Assembly: GCA_035275545.1 (NCBI GenBank)
Contig: DATEMP010000086.1
Span: 1 to 50,185, forward strand
DNA from: Candidatus Eiseniibacteriota bacterium
GTDB lineage: Bacteria > Eisenbacteria > RBG-16-71-46
Direction of reading: 5' to 3'
Length of the DNA: 50,185 bases
Below are positions 43,241 to 50,185 of the stretch, piece by piece (the stretch's first letter is position 1; the number at the start of each line of letters is the position of its first letter). The notes beneath the pieces were generated by a model, which had not been told where the DNA came from, did no database searches, and worked only from the letters and a program-made list of their open reading frames with translations. The translations under genes were made by a program, and so were the position numbers.

Positions 43241-45370
43241 ATGAAACGCTCGATTCGCGGGAGCCTGCTGGTCGCGGCGCTCCTCGCATGCTCACGGCGG
43301 GCCGGGGCGGCGGAGCCACCCCGCGTGGCCGATACGCTGCTGGTCCAGCACCCCGAGATCGTGGTCTCGGCCACGCGCACACCCCGCAACCAGGTGGATG
43401 TGCCGGGCTCGGTCTCGGTCATCAACCGCGACGACCTCCGGGCGCGCGGCACCCGCACGTTCGCCGAGGCACTCCAGGACGTCGTGGGCCTCGACACCGG
43501 CGAGGGGTCCGACAACGGCTCGCGGCTGCCCAACGTGGGCCTGTGGGGGCTCAAGGAGTTCGACGCCCTGCTGTTCACGCTCAACGGCGTTCCGGTGGGC
43601 GGCCCGTTCAATCCTTCACTCTCCCAGATCCCGATCGAGGACATCGACCGAATCGAGGTGGTGAAGGGTCCACAGGGCACGATGTACGGGGTCTCGGCGT
43701 TCGCCGGCATGGTCCAGGTGTTCACGGCCGGGGCGCAGACCGGCGGCGAGCTGTCCGCGGGAGGCGGTTCGTTCTCGAGCGGGCACGGGCACGTCTCGTG
43801 GGGCCAGACGCTCCGTGATCGGTACGACCTGCGGCTGTCCGGGGCGTTCGCGCGCTCCGACGGCTGGCAGGACCGCACCGGATCCGACCTCGGGCGCGGC
43901 AGCGCCACGCTCGGCTTCGGGCTGGGCCGCGGCCGCATGACCCTCGACCTCATGGGCTACCGCGACCGCCAGGACTGGGGATCGCCGCTGCCCTTCGACG
44001 CGGGCCTTCTGGTTCCGGGGTTCGTGATCGACCGCAACTACGCGGTGCGGGACGCCGAGGTCCGGCACCAGGTATTCGGGGGCACGTCGCGCTTCACGCG
44101 GCCGATCGGCGAGACGCGGCGCCTCGAGAACACGCTGTCCTTCACGCACGACGAGCAACGCTTCGTGCGCAGCTTCCCGGGCACGGTGACGGGAGACACG
44201 CTGGCATCGACCGGACTCTCGCTCGCGCCCGAGGAGAACTCGCTCTTCGAGGACCTGCGGATGATCACCCGGTTCGAGGGCTCGGGCTCGCACGAGCTGG
44301 TGACCGGCGCCGCGCTCACGTTCGGCGAGACGAAGGGCAAGGGGAGCGAGTTCACCTTCAAGCAGGCGCTCTCCGCCTATCCCGAGGTTCCGACCTTCGC
44401 TCAGGTGACGGTGCTCGACGACCACGATTTCGAGGACCGCCGCGTGTTCTTCGGCGCCTACGTGCACGACGCGTGGACGCCCACGGCGCGGCTGCGCATC
44501 GAGGGCGGCGGGCGGTTCGACCTGACCTCGGAGGAGCTCGAGACCGAAGTCGACACCTCGGGGGTCCCGCTCAAGGTCAAGGACAACCAGGAGAGCTCGG
44601 ACGTCTCGGGCGATCTCTCGGCGGTCGTGAGCCTTCTGCCGCCCGCCGGGCGTGGGGCGCTGCAGACCGCCAACCTCTACGGGTCGGTGCGCCGCGCCTT
44701 CAAGCCGGCCGCGCCCAACCTGGCCGAGGCGGAGGCGGCCGAGATCCTCGAGCCCGAGCACACGACCTCGTGGGAAGTGGGGCTCAAGACCCGCACGAGC
44801 CGCGACCTGGGCGTGGATCTCGCGTATTTCGACATGACGTTCGAGAACCTGGTCGTGTCGATCCTCGGCACGGGCGGCGGGCCCGAGTTGGTCAACGCAG
44901 GTAAGGAGCGGTTCCGCGGCTTCGAGAGCCACCTGCGCTGGTCACCCCCCGCACTCCACGGCGCCACCTTCGAGATCGGCTACGCGCACCACAACGCGCG
45001 CTTCGTCGAGTTCACGTTCGTCACGCCCGACAGCCAGCTCCGCAACGTGAGCGGCAAGAAGCTCGAGTTGGTGCCTAGCGAGCTGGTGAACGGGCGCGTG
45101 AGCGTGCGCACGTCCCTGGGCGTGGGAGGCTTCGTCGCCGCCCGCTACCAGGGCGAGCGGCCCTTCAATCGCCGCAACACGTTCTTCGCCGACGCCTTCA
45201 CCGAGTGGGACGCGGGGCTCTCGTACGACCGTGACCGGTGGCACGCGAACGTCGCCGGCCGCAATCTCGGCGATGATCGTCATGTGGTCACCGAGAGCGA
45301 GATCGGCGACGCGCAGTTCTACGTCGCGCCGCCGCGGCGCTTCACCGCCGAGCTGGGCATCCGCTTCTAA
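43241..45370 (+). CDS. TonB-dependent outer-membrane receptor
   Basis: ORF 43202..45370, with ATG 43241 (MKRSIRGSLLVAALLA). Plug motifs: IVVSATRTP, VPGSVSVI, IDRIEVVKGPQGTMYG. The beta-barrel ends in ELGIRF. Confidence 0.9.
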   Translation: MKRSIRGSLLVAALLACSRRAGAAEPPRVADTLLVQHPEIVVSATRTPRNQVDVPGSVSVINRDDLRARGTRTFAEALQDVVGLDTGEGSDNGSRLPNVGLWGLKEFDALLFTLNGVPVGGPFNPSLSQIPIEDIDRIEVVKGPQGTMYGVSAFAGMVQVFTAGAQTGGELSAGGGSFSSGHGHVSWGQTLRDRYDLRLSGAFARSDGWQDRTGSDLGRGSATLGFGLGRGRMTLDLMGYRDRQDWGSPLPFDAGLLVPGFVIDRNYAVRDAEVRHQVFGGTSRFTRPIGETRRLENTLSFTHDEQRFVRSFPGTVTGDTLASTGLSLAPEENSLFEDLRMITRFEGSGSHELVTGAALTFGETKGKGSEFTFKQALSAYPEVPTFAQVTVLDDHDFEDRRVFFGAYVHDAWTPTARLRIEGGGRFDLTSEELETEVDTSGVPLKVKDNQESSDVSGDLSAVVSLLPPAGRGALQTANLYGSVRRAFKPAAPNLAEAEAAEILEPEHTTSWEVGLKTRTSRDLGVDLAYFDMTFENLVVSILGTGGGPELVNAGKERFRGFESHLRWSPPALHGATFEIGYAHHNARFVEFTFVTPDSQLRNVSGKKLELVPSELVNGRVSVRTSLGVGGFVAARYQGERPFNRRNTFFADAFTEWDAGLSYDRDRWHANVAGRNLGDDRHVVTESEIGDAQFYVAPPRRFTAELGIRF

Positions 45371-45385
45371 CCCACAGCGTTCGGA

Positions 45386-45411
45386 GCCCCCGCGGAGCAT
45401 TCCGCGGGGGC
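45386..45411 (+). terminator. GC-rich hairpin after the TonB-dependent receptor gene
   Basis: gcccccgcgga-gcat-tccgcgggggc forms a perfect 11-bp stem 16 nt after the stop. There is no clear U-tract. Confidence 0.55.
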
Positions 45412-45638
45412 CTCCGGCATCGGTGCCCAGGCGGCACTCCTTACAACGCGCCAAGTCCCGGTTACCACCCCGGCCGGTTCCCGTGGTCGACCGCGAGGGC
45501 GCAACCCATTGCACATCCTTGCCCCTGCGGGGTGGCACGCAGCCTGCGTCTGACCGGCTGCAGTGCGAGGTATGAAGGGAACGCGCTGCGTGCCCGACAG
45601 GAGAGTGCCGTGCCCGCACATAGAAGAGGAGGATCATC

Positions 45639-45788
45639 ATGCTTTGGACCATCTTCACGCTGCTGCTCATCCTGTGGTTGCTGGGCATGGTGACGGCTCA
45701 CACCATGGGCGGCTTCATTCATGTCCTCCTGGTCATCGCCATCGCCGCGTTGCTGATCCGCGTCATTCAGGGTCGGCGTCCGGTCTAG
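45639..45788 (+). CDS. lmo0937-family small membrane protein (49 aa)
   Basis: Below the ORF-track length cutoff. A GAAGAGGAGGA RBS precedes the ATG. Translation is MLWTIFTLLLILWLLGMVTAHTMGGFIHVLLVIAIAALLIRVIQGRRPV, which matches the conserved lmo0937-type pattern (LWLLG..GGFIH.LLVIA...RGRRP). Confidence 0.8.
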   Translation: MLWTIFTLLLILWLLGMVTAHTMGGFIHVLLVIAIAALLIRVIQGRRPV

Positions 45789-45812
45789 CGAGACAGGATC
45801 ACGGAGGCAATC

Positions 45813-46028
45813 ATGCGAATCCTTGGCGTTGCACTGATCGTTCTGGGGCTGGTGGCGTTCATCTACGGCGGCATCAGCTACACCAAGCAGGAAGACGTTC
45901 TCAACGTGGGCGGGCTGCACGCGACCGTCGAGCACAAGAAGCGCGTCCCGCTGCCGCCGATCCTGGGTGGCGTGGCGCTGCTCGCGGGAGCGCTGCTGCT
46001 GATTCGTCCGACCCGCGCGGCGGTCTAG
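45813..46028 (+). CDS. Small two-TM membrane protein (71 aa)
   Basis: A GGAGG RBS lies upstream. Two hydrophobic helices (ILGVALIVLGLVAFIYGGI and ILGGVALLAGALLLI) flank a polar loop. Confidence 0.65.
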   Translation: MRILGVALIVLGLVAFIYGGISYTKQEDVLNVGGLHATVEHKKRVPLPPILGGVALLAGALLLIRPTRAAV

Positions 46029-46062
46029 CGAACGGGAGAGACCGCACGGAATCCTGGCCCGC

Positions 46063-46091
46063 GGACCTTCCTACGCGACGTAGGAGGGTCC
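46063..46091. terminator. Hairpin between convergent genes (likely bidirectional terminator)
   Basis: ggaccttcctacg-cga-cgtaggagggtcc forms a 13-bp stem with one G-U pair. Confidence 0.55.
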
Positions 46092-46159
46092 GTTGCCATG
46101 TCCGGGCGTCCGGGCGCCGACGAGCGCGGCCAGAGCGACTCGCGCCCGGAGCACGAGCG

Positions 46160-46894
46160 CTAGTACCGGAACGGATCGAGGCACGGGGCGCATCCCGACT
46201 GCTCCTCCCGCAGCCTCGCCGCGAGCGCGCGATCGATCTGTGACCGGGTGGCGTCGCCGGTCGCTTCGAGCGCCTGCGCGCGCGCCTCGACGACGTACAC
46301 CAGCTCGGGGCGCAGCGTCGCTGCCCGATCGAAGTCCGGGATCGCCTCGGCGTCGCGGCCCAGCAGGCGGAGCGCGACGCCGCGGGCGTAGAACGACTCG
46401 GCCTGCTGGGGCACGGTCGCCACCAGGTGCTCGGCGTCCCGGAGTGCCCCCTCGGCATCCCCGGTCGCCGCGCGGGCCAGGGACCGCCCGCGGTAGAACT
46501 GGGTGTTGGCGGGCTGCCGGGCGATCGCGGTGTCGAAGTCGCCGAGCGATCGGGCGGGCTCGCCGGCCTGGCACGCGACCAGGCCGCGCAGGAACCGGGC
46601 GTAGGGCCGGTCGACCAGCGCCACGTCCCGGTCCAGGTCTGCGCGCGCGAGGTCGAACCGGCGCAGGTGGATCCAGTACCCGGCGCGAGTCTCGTAGTAC
46701 TGCGCGCGGCCGGGGGCGAGCTGGATCGCCCGGTCGAGGTGGGCGCGCTGCTCCTCCATCGACATGCCGGTCTCCTGGCCGCGCAGTGCGGCCAGGTACT
46801 CGCGGTCTGCCGCGTCGTGCCCGCAGCCGGGGCCGGCGATCATGACCACGAGCAGCCACGGAACGGCGCGCATCAGGCGGGCGCGAAGGGTCAT
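46160..46894 (-). CDS. TPR-repeat lipoprotein
   Basis: 3' part of ORF 46160..47617. ATG 46894 sits 6 nt after GGAGGA (ATG 46900 is an alternative). Lipobox VMIAGPGC. TPR-like repeats include AQYYETRAGYW, ARFLRGLVACQAG, TQFYRGRSLA and ESFYARGVAL. Confidence 0.8.
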   Translation of the reverse strand: MTLRARLMRAVPWLLVVMIAGPGCGHDAADREYLAALRGQETGMSMEEQRAHLDRAIQLAPGRAQYYETRAGYWIHLRRFDLARADLDRDVALVDRPYARFLRGLVACQAGEPARSLGDFDTAIARQPANTQFYRGRSLARAATGDAEGALRDAEHLVATVPQQAESFYARGVALRLLGRDAEAIPDFDRAATLRPELVYVVEARAQALEATGDATRSQIDRALAARLREEQSGCAPCLDPFRY

Positions 46895-46930
46895 GTCCAT
46901 TCCTCCGTGGAACGGCCGATAATCCGGCAG

Positions 46931-47716
46931 ATGCCCCCGATCCTGCCACACCGGTTCCTGCCCGCGCTCGCCGGGGCGATCGCCCTCGCCGGGTGCGCAC
47001 CCGCGCTGCGGTCCCCCGAGACGTTCGAGTGGGCCGGGCGGCCGGTCGCGTTCTCGCCGCCGCCCGCCGACTGGCGGCGCGAGGGCTACAACCAGGGCGG
47101 ATGGCTGGGCGCGTACTTCGTGCACGAGCGATCCGTGGGGGAGCGGATCATGGTCGCCGAGCACCACGTGATCTCCGACCGCGATGGCCGCGCGCGCCTC
47201 GCGGAGCTGCTCGAGCGCTTCGACGCCCTGGACGACCGGGAACTCAAGGAGGCGCTCCGCCGGTCGCGATACCGGACCGAGGAGCCGCTCTCGCCCCTCG
47301 AGGCGGAGGTCGCCGCGGGCGTCAACCAGGCGATCGAGCGGGCGATGGGTGCAGAGATCGCGGGAGACCGCGAGGGTGCCCGCCGCGAGATCGGCGGCGC
47401 GGTGCGCGAGTCTCAGCGACTGCGCATCGTTCTGTCCGACGTGCTCGAGCGGGTGGTGTTCCGTCCCGATCGCGCCCAGGAGCCGGAACGATGGGTGGGG
47501 ACCGCGCGGCGCCCGGGTGTGGTGGCGGGCCAGCCGGCGGTGTTCGTGGACTATCGCTTCCGGGGCCCGGAGCGCGTCCTCCGGTGCCGGGACGCGTACT
47601 TCGTGCGCGACAACCACGTGTTCATCGCCAGCTATCTCGGTCTCGAGAAGAATCTCCCGGTCTTCGATCGCGTCGTGGAGTCGATCCGCTTCCCCGAGCC
47701 CGGAGTCCCGCGGTGA
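46931..47716 (+). CDS. Hypothetical lipoprotein
   Basis: 3' part of ORF 46427..47716. From ATG 46931 the product begins MPPILPHRFLPALAGAIALAGCAP (lipobox LAGC). High GC3 and no recognisable domain. Confidence 0.7.
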   Translation: MPPILPHRFLPALAGAIALAGCAPALRSPETFEWAGRPVAFSPPPADWRREGYNQGGWLGAYFVHERSVGERIMVAEHHVISDRDGRARLAELLERFDALDDRELKEALRRSRYRTEEPLSPLEAEVAAGVNQAIERAMGAEIAGDREGARREIGGAVRESQRLRIVLSDVLERVVFRPDRAQEPERWVGTARRPGVVAGQPAVFVDYRFRGPERVLRCRDAYFVRDNHVFIASYLGLEKNLPVFDRVVESIRFPEPGVPR

Positions 47717-48483
47717 GGCGCCTCGTCATCCTGGTCATGGCTGCCACGCTGCTCGCGGGCTGCGCGCCCCAGGCGATCCGGCGGACCTTCGACGTCGGGG
47801 AGCACCGGGTCTCGATGGCGGCCCGGCCCGAGTGGCGGTTCGTCGAGCAGGGCCGGCGGCTGCTCATGCGGCACGGCCAGGTCGGGCTCGCGCTCGAGGA
47901 CCTGGGGCCGCGCGGGCGCGCGGGGATCCGGGCCGAGATCGAACGCGCGCGGACCTTGTGGCGCGGCGGCCAGGACCGGGAGGCCCGCACGCGCATGACG
48001 ATGATCCCGGTTCCCGAGGTGCTGTTCGCAGCACCCGAGCAGCGGCGCGCCTTCTGGGAGACCTGGCACGAGGTCTCGGGCGCGCCCGAGGGGCTGGATC
48101 CGACGCTCGTGGAGGGGCGCTTCGACCGCCTGCTCGACGCGGTCGAAACGCTACGGGAGCGTCCGGCGGACGAACTCGTCGACGACGCGCTGCTGGAGAT
48201 GGGCGAGGACGAGCGCCGGAGCGTGGCCTCGCGGAGCCGGCGCACGGTGGGAGGGCGCGGCGTCATCGTGGTCGTGACCTGGAACCGGCTGAGCCACGAT
48301 GGTGCCCGCCGCTTCGCGTTCGTGGATCACGACGGGCGCATCCTGGTGCTGCGCACCGGCGCCGTGGCCGGCACGCTCGCGGGAGCGGCCGACGACCGGG
48401 CGTTCGAGTCGGTGCTGGAGTCCCTGCGGATCGAGCCGGCCGCCGCTCAGAGCGTCGCGGGGGGGCGCCGCAGCATCACCTGA
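47713..48483 (+). CDS. Hypothetical lipoprotein
   Basis: 3' part of ORF 46993..48483. GTG 47713 overlaps the upstream stop as GTGA. Begins (M)RRLVILVMAATLLAGCAP (lipobox). Confidence 0.7.
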   Translation: MRRLVILVMAATLLAGCAPQAIRRTFDVGEHRVSMAARPEWRFVEQGRRLLMRHGQVGLALEDLGPRGRAGIRAEIERARTLWRGGQDREARTRMTMIPVPEVLFAAPEQRRAFWETWHEVSGAPEGLDPTLVEGRFDRLLDAVETLRERPADELVDDALLEMGEDERRSVASRSRRTVGGRGVIVVVTWNRLSHDGARRFAFVDHDGRILVLRTGAVAGTLAGAADDRAFESVLESLRIEPAAAQSVAGGRRSIT

Positions 48484-49565
48484 GTCCCGGGCCGCACCCG
48501 GTCGCCGATCGTCCAGCCGCTGCCGTCGCCGGCCACGAACAGGCCCTGCAGCTGCTCGCCGGGGGCGTCGCCCTCGACGCGCCAGGAGTCGCCGCCATCC
48601 TCGGTGCGCAGCACCACCGAGCGGCCCTCGACCGGGAAATAGCCGACCGTCCAGCCGCGCGAGGCGTCGATGAAGTGGACCGCCGTGAGCTGGAGCCCGG
48701 GGGGCGGACCCTCGAGGTCGAAGGTGTCGACCCCGGCTGCCCGGCGCACGATGTGGAGCGGGCGAGGCGCGGGGGCGGGGATGCCGTTCGACTGCCGCAT
48801 CCAGGTGTAGCCACCGTCGCGCGTGGCGACGATGGTGCCGTTCTCGCCCACCGCCCAGCCGTGCATCGGATCTGGAAAGTGGAGATCGAACAGGCGCGGA
48901 TGCTCCCCGGTGCCGAGCGGGAGCGGCACGCGGACCCAGGTGAGGCCGCCATCCACCGTCTTCATGACCTGGCCCAGGCCGCTCATCCATCCCGTGTACC
49001 GGTCCAGGAAATGGATCGCGCTGCCGCTCAGGTAGCCGTTCTCCGACGTGCAGCGCGTCACCCATCCCCACTGCTCGCCACCGTCCGAGGTGCGAAGCAC
49101 GCCCGCGCCGCCGACCGCCCAGCCGTTGTCGCGGTCGATGAAGTGCATGTCGGTGAGCCCCTCGCCGCCGCCGGCGCGCGCCAGCCGCCAGTTGGCGCCA
49201 CCGTCGTCGGTGCGGAAGATCTGGCCCCCGCTCCCGAGCAGGCAGCCGCTCAGGGAGTCGAAGAACTGGACTGCGGTGAACTCGAAGCGCATGACGCCCG
49301 GCCAGCGGCCGACGAAACCGCTCGCGTAGGTCCAGGTGGCGCCCCCGTCCCGGGTGCGGCCGACCAGCCCGCCGTCGATGTCGTAGCCGCCGCCCACCGC
49401 CCAGCCGTTGCGCGGGTCGGTGAACCAGACGTCGCGGAAGTCAGCGTCGGTGGTGAGCGCCACCGCCTGCCATGTCGAGCGTGCCGCCGGGCGGGGCTCG
49501 CTGCCGCACCCGAGCATCGGCCCGAGGCCTGCCACCGCCGTCAGGAGAAGCGCGATCCGTCGCAT
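48447..49565 (-). CDS. Ycf48/HCF136-like BNR-type beta-propeller lipoprotein
   Basis: ORF 48447..49799. From ATG 49565 the product begins MRRIALLLTAVAGLGPMLGCGS. Repeated motifs: GWAVGGG, RTRDGGATW, RTDDGGANW, RTSDGGEQW, KTVDGGLTW, TRDGGYTW, RTEDGGDSW. Confidence 0.85.
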   Translation of the reverse strand: MRRIALLLTAVAGLGPMLGCGSEPRPAARSTWQAVALTTDADFRDVWFTDPRNGWAVGGGYDIDGGLVGRTRDGGATWTYASGFVGRWPGVMRFEFTAVQFFDSLSGCLLGSGGQIFRTDDGGANWRLARAGGGEGLTDMHFIDRDNGWAVGGAGVLRTSDGGEQWGWVTRCTSENGYLSGSAIHFLDRYTGWMSGLGQVMKTVDGGLTWVRVPLPLGTGEHPRLFDLHFPDPMHGWAVGENGTIVATRDGGYTWMRQSNGIPAPAPRPLHIVRRAAGVDTFDLEGPPPGLQLTAVHFIDASRGWTVGYFPVEGRSVVLRTEDGGDSWRVEGDAPGEQLQGLFVAGDGSGWTIGDRVRPGTQVMLRRPPATL

Positions 49566-49687
49566 CGCCCTGGGTATCGGCCGCCGGCGGGCGCGGCGTG
49601 AGCCAGGGAGAAGACGCGGCGAGGCGGGTACGTCTCGGGCCCTGGGCGGTCCTGGGGCCTGGCGCGGGCGGTCGGGGCCTCCCGCGC

Positions 49688-49748
49688 ACCATACGGTGCC
49701 GTATTGACAGCGGATCGCGGCCGCAGCTACCATACGCACCCGTATGGT
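49688..49748 (+). promoter_or_regulatory. TetR-gene promoter (TTGACA-18-TACCAT) overlapped by two palindromic operators ACCATACG-N4-CGTATGGT
   Basis: Site 1 (49688-49707) is accatacg-gtgc-cgtattga, with 6/8 symmetric positions, and overlaps TTGACA (49704-49709). Site 2 (49729-49748) is accatacg-cacc-cgtatggt, a perfect palindrome, and overlaps TACCAT (49728-49733) and the ATG (49744). Confidence 0.6.
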
Positions 49749-50185
49749 AACCGCCTCCCGCAGCGACCGCGCGCAGCGCATCACGCGCATCCCGTGCACC
49801 CGGGCCGACTGGCTGCGGGCCGCCCGCCTCGCGTTGCTCCATCAGGGCCGTGACGCGGTGCGGGTCGAGCCGCTCGCCCGCACCCTCGGCGTCACCAAGG
49901 GGAGCTTCTACTGGCACTTCAAGGACCGCCGCGCGCTGCTCGAGGCGCTGCTCCGGGAGTGGGAGGAGGAGACCCGGATCCTCACCGACGCGCTGCGGAG
50001 CGCCGATCCCCGCGGCGCGCTGCCCGCGGTGCTCGAGGAGCTCGACCGCAGGAATCGTGCGAGCGAGCGGGGCCAGTCCCCCTCGGACGCCGCGATCTTC
50101 GCCTGGGCGGCGCTCGATCCCAAGGTGGCCCGGCGCGCCCACCGCGCCGAGCAGGAGCGGATGACATTGTTCCGGAAGCTCACCG
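49744..50185 (+). CDS. TetR/AcrR-family transcriptional regulator (3' end outside the window)
   Basis: Absent from the ORF track because it runs off the edge. Translation is MVTASRSDRAQRITRIPCTRADWLRAARLALLHQGRDAVRVEPLARTLGVTKGSFYWHFKDRRALLEALL..., which carries the classic TetR HTH signature. Confidence 0.85.
   Translation, partial: MVTASRSDRAQRITRIPCTRADWLRAARLALLHQGRDAVRVEPLARTLGVTKGSFYWHFKDRRALLEALLREWEEETRILTDALRSADPRGALPAVLEELDRRNRASERGQSPSDAAIFAWAALDPKVARRAHRAEQERMTLFRKLT

Noticed and set aside
1-50185. Search for CRISPR arrays, IS elements, integrases, prophage genes and rRNA/tRNA genes
   Set aside because: I saw no regularly spaced direct repeats, no transposase, integrase or phage-like ORFs, and no structural RNA signatures by eye. 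The only repeats are intragenic protein repeats and terminator hairpins.

Overview
High-GC (roughly 68-70% by eye) chromosomal segment from a diderm bacterium. No rRNA, tRNA, CRISPR array, transposase or integrase was found. The window is dominated by envelope and secretome functions. (1) A minus-strand regulon at 6.3-18.3 kb: histidine kinase, OmpR-type regulator and a DUF5666 protein, then a long structured leader, then RND pump 1, a 148-aa lipoprotein resembling only the N- and C-terminal ends of a membrane-fusion protein (MFP, the periplasmic adaptor), RND pump 2 and an OprO/P-type porin. No full-length adaptor or TolC-type outer-membrane factor (OMF) is present in the window. (2) Several secreted proteins carry a FlgD-Ig/T9SS-like C-terminal domain: an FG-GAP-like propeller, two tandem beta-helix paralogs, and an M4/M36-like metalloprotease with a P-domain. 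(3) Two other secreted proteins (PPC-domain and CHRD-domain) end in a nearly identical TWGxxKTLYR tail. (4) Two divergently transcribed Hanks-type Ser/Thr kinases sit together, one with a tightly coupled 102-aa ORF. (5) A MoaD/ThiS-like ubiquitin-fold gene is translationally coupled to a BNR/Asp-box propeller gene. (6) A modABC operon has an HTH-TOBE regulator and a divergent porin, next to a TonB-dependent receptor. (7) The rest is housekeeping or accessory: proline dehydrogenase, 1-Cys peroxiredoxin, DUF2911 protein, SAM methyltransferase, thioredoxin-fold protein, small membrane proteins, lipoproteins and a TetR gene with palindromic operators. Many long ORFs in the track are antisense or alternate-frame shadow ORFs typical of high-GC DNA and were rejected. 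All functional calls come from reading motifs in the translations. No database search was possible.
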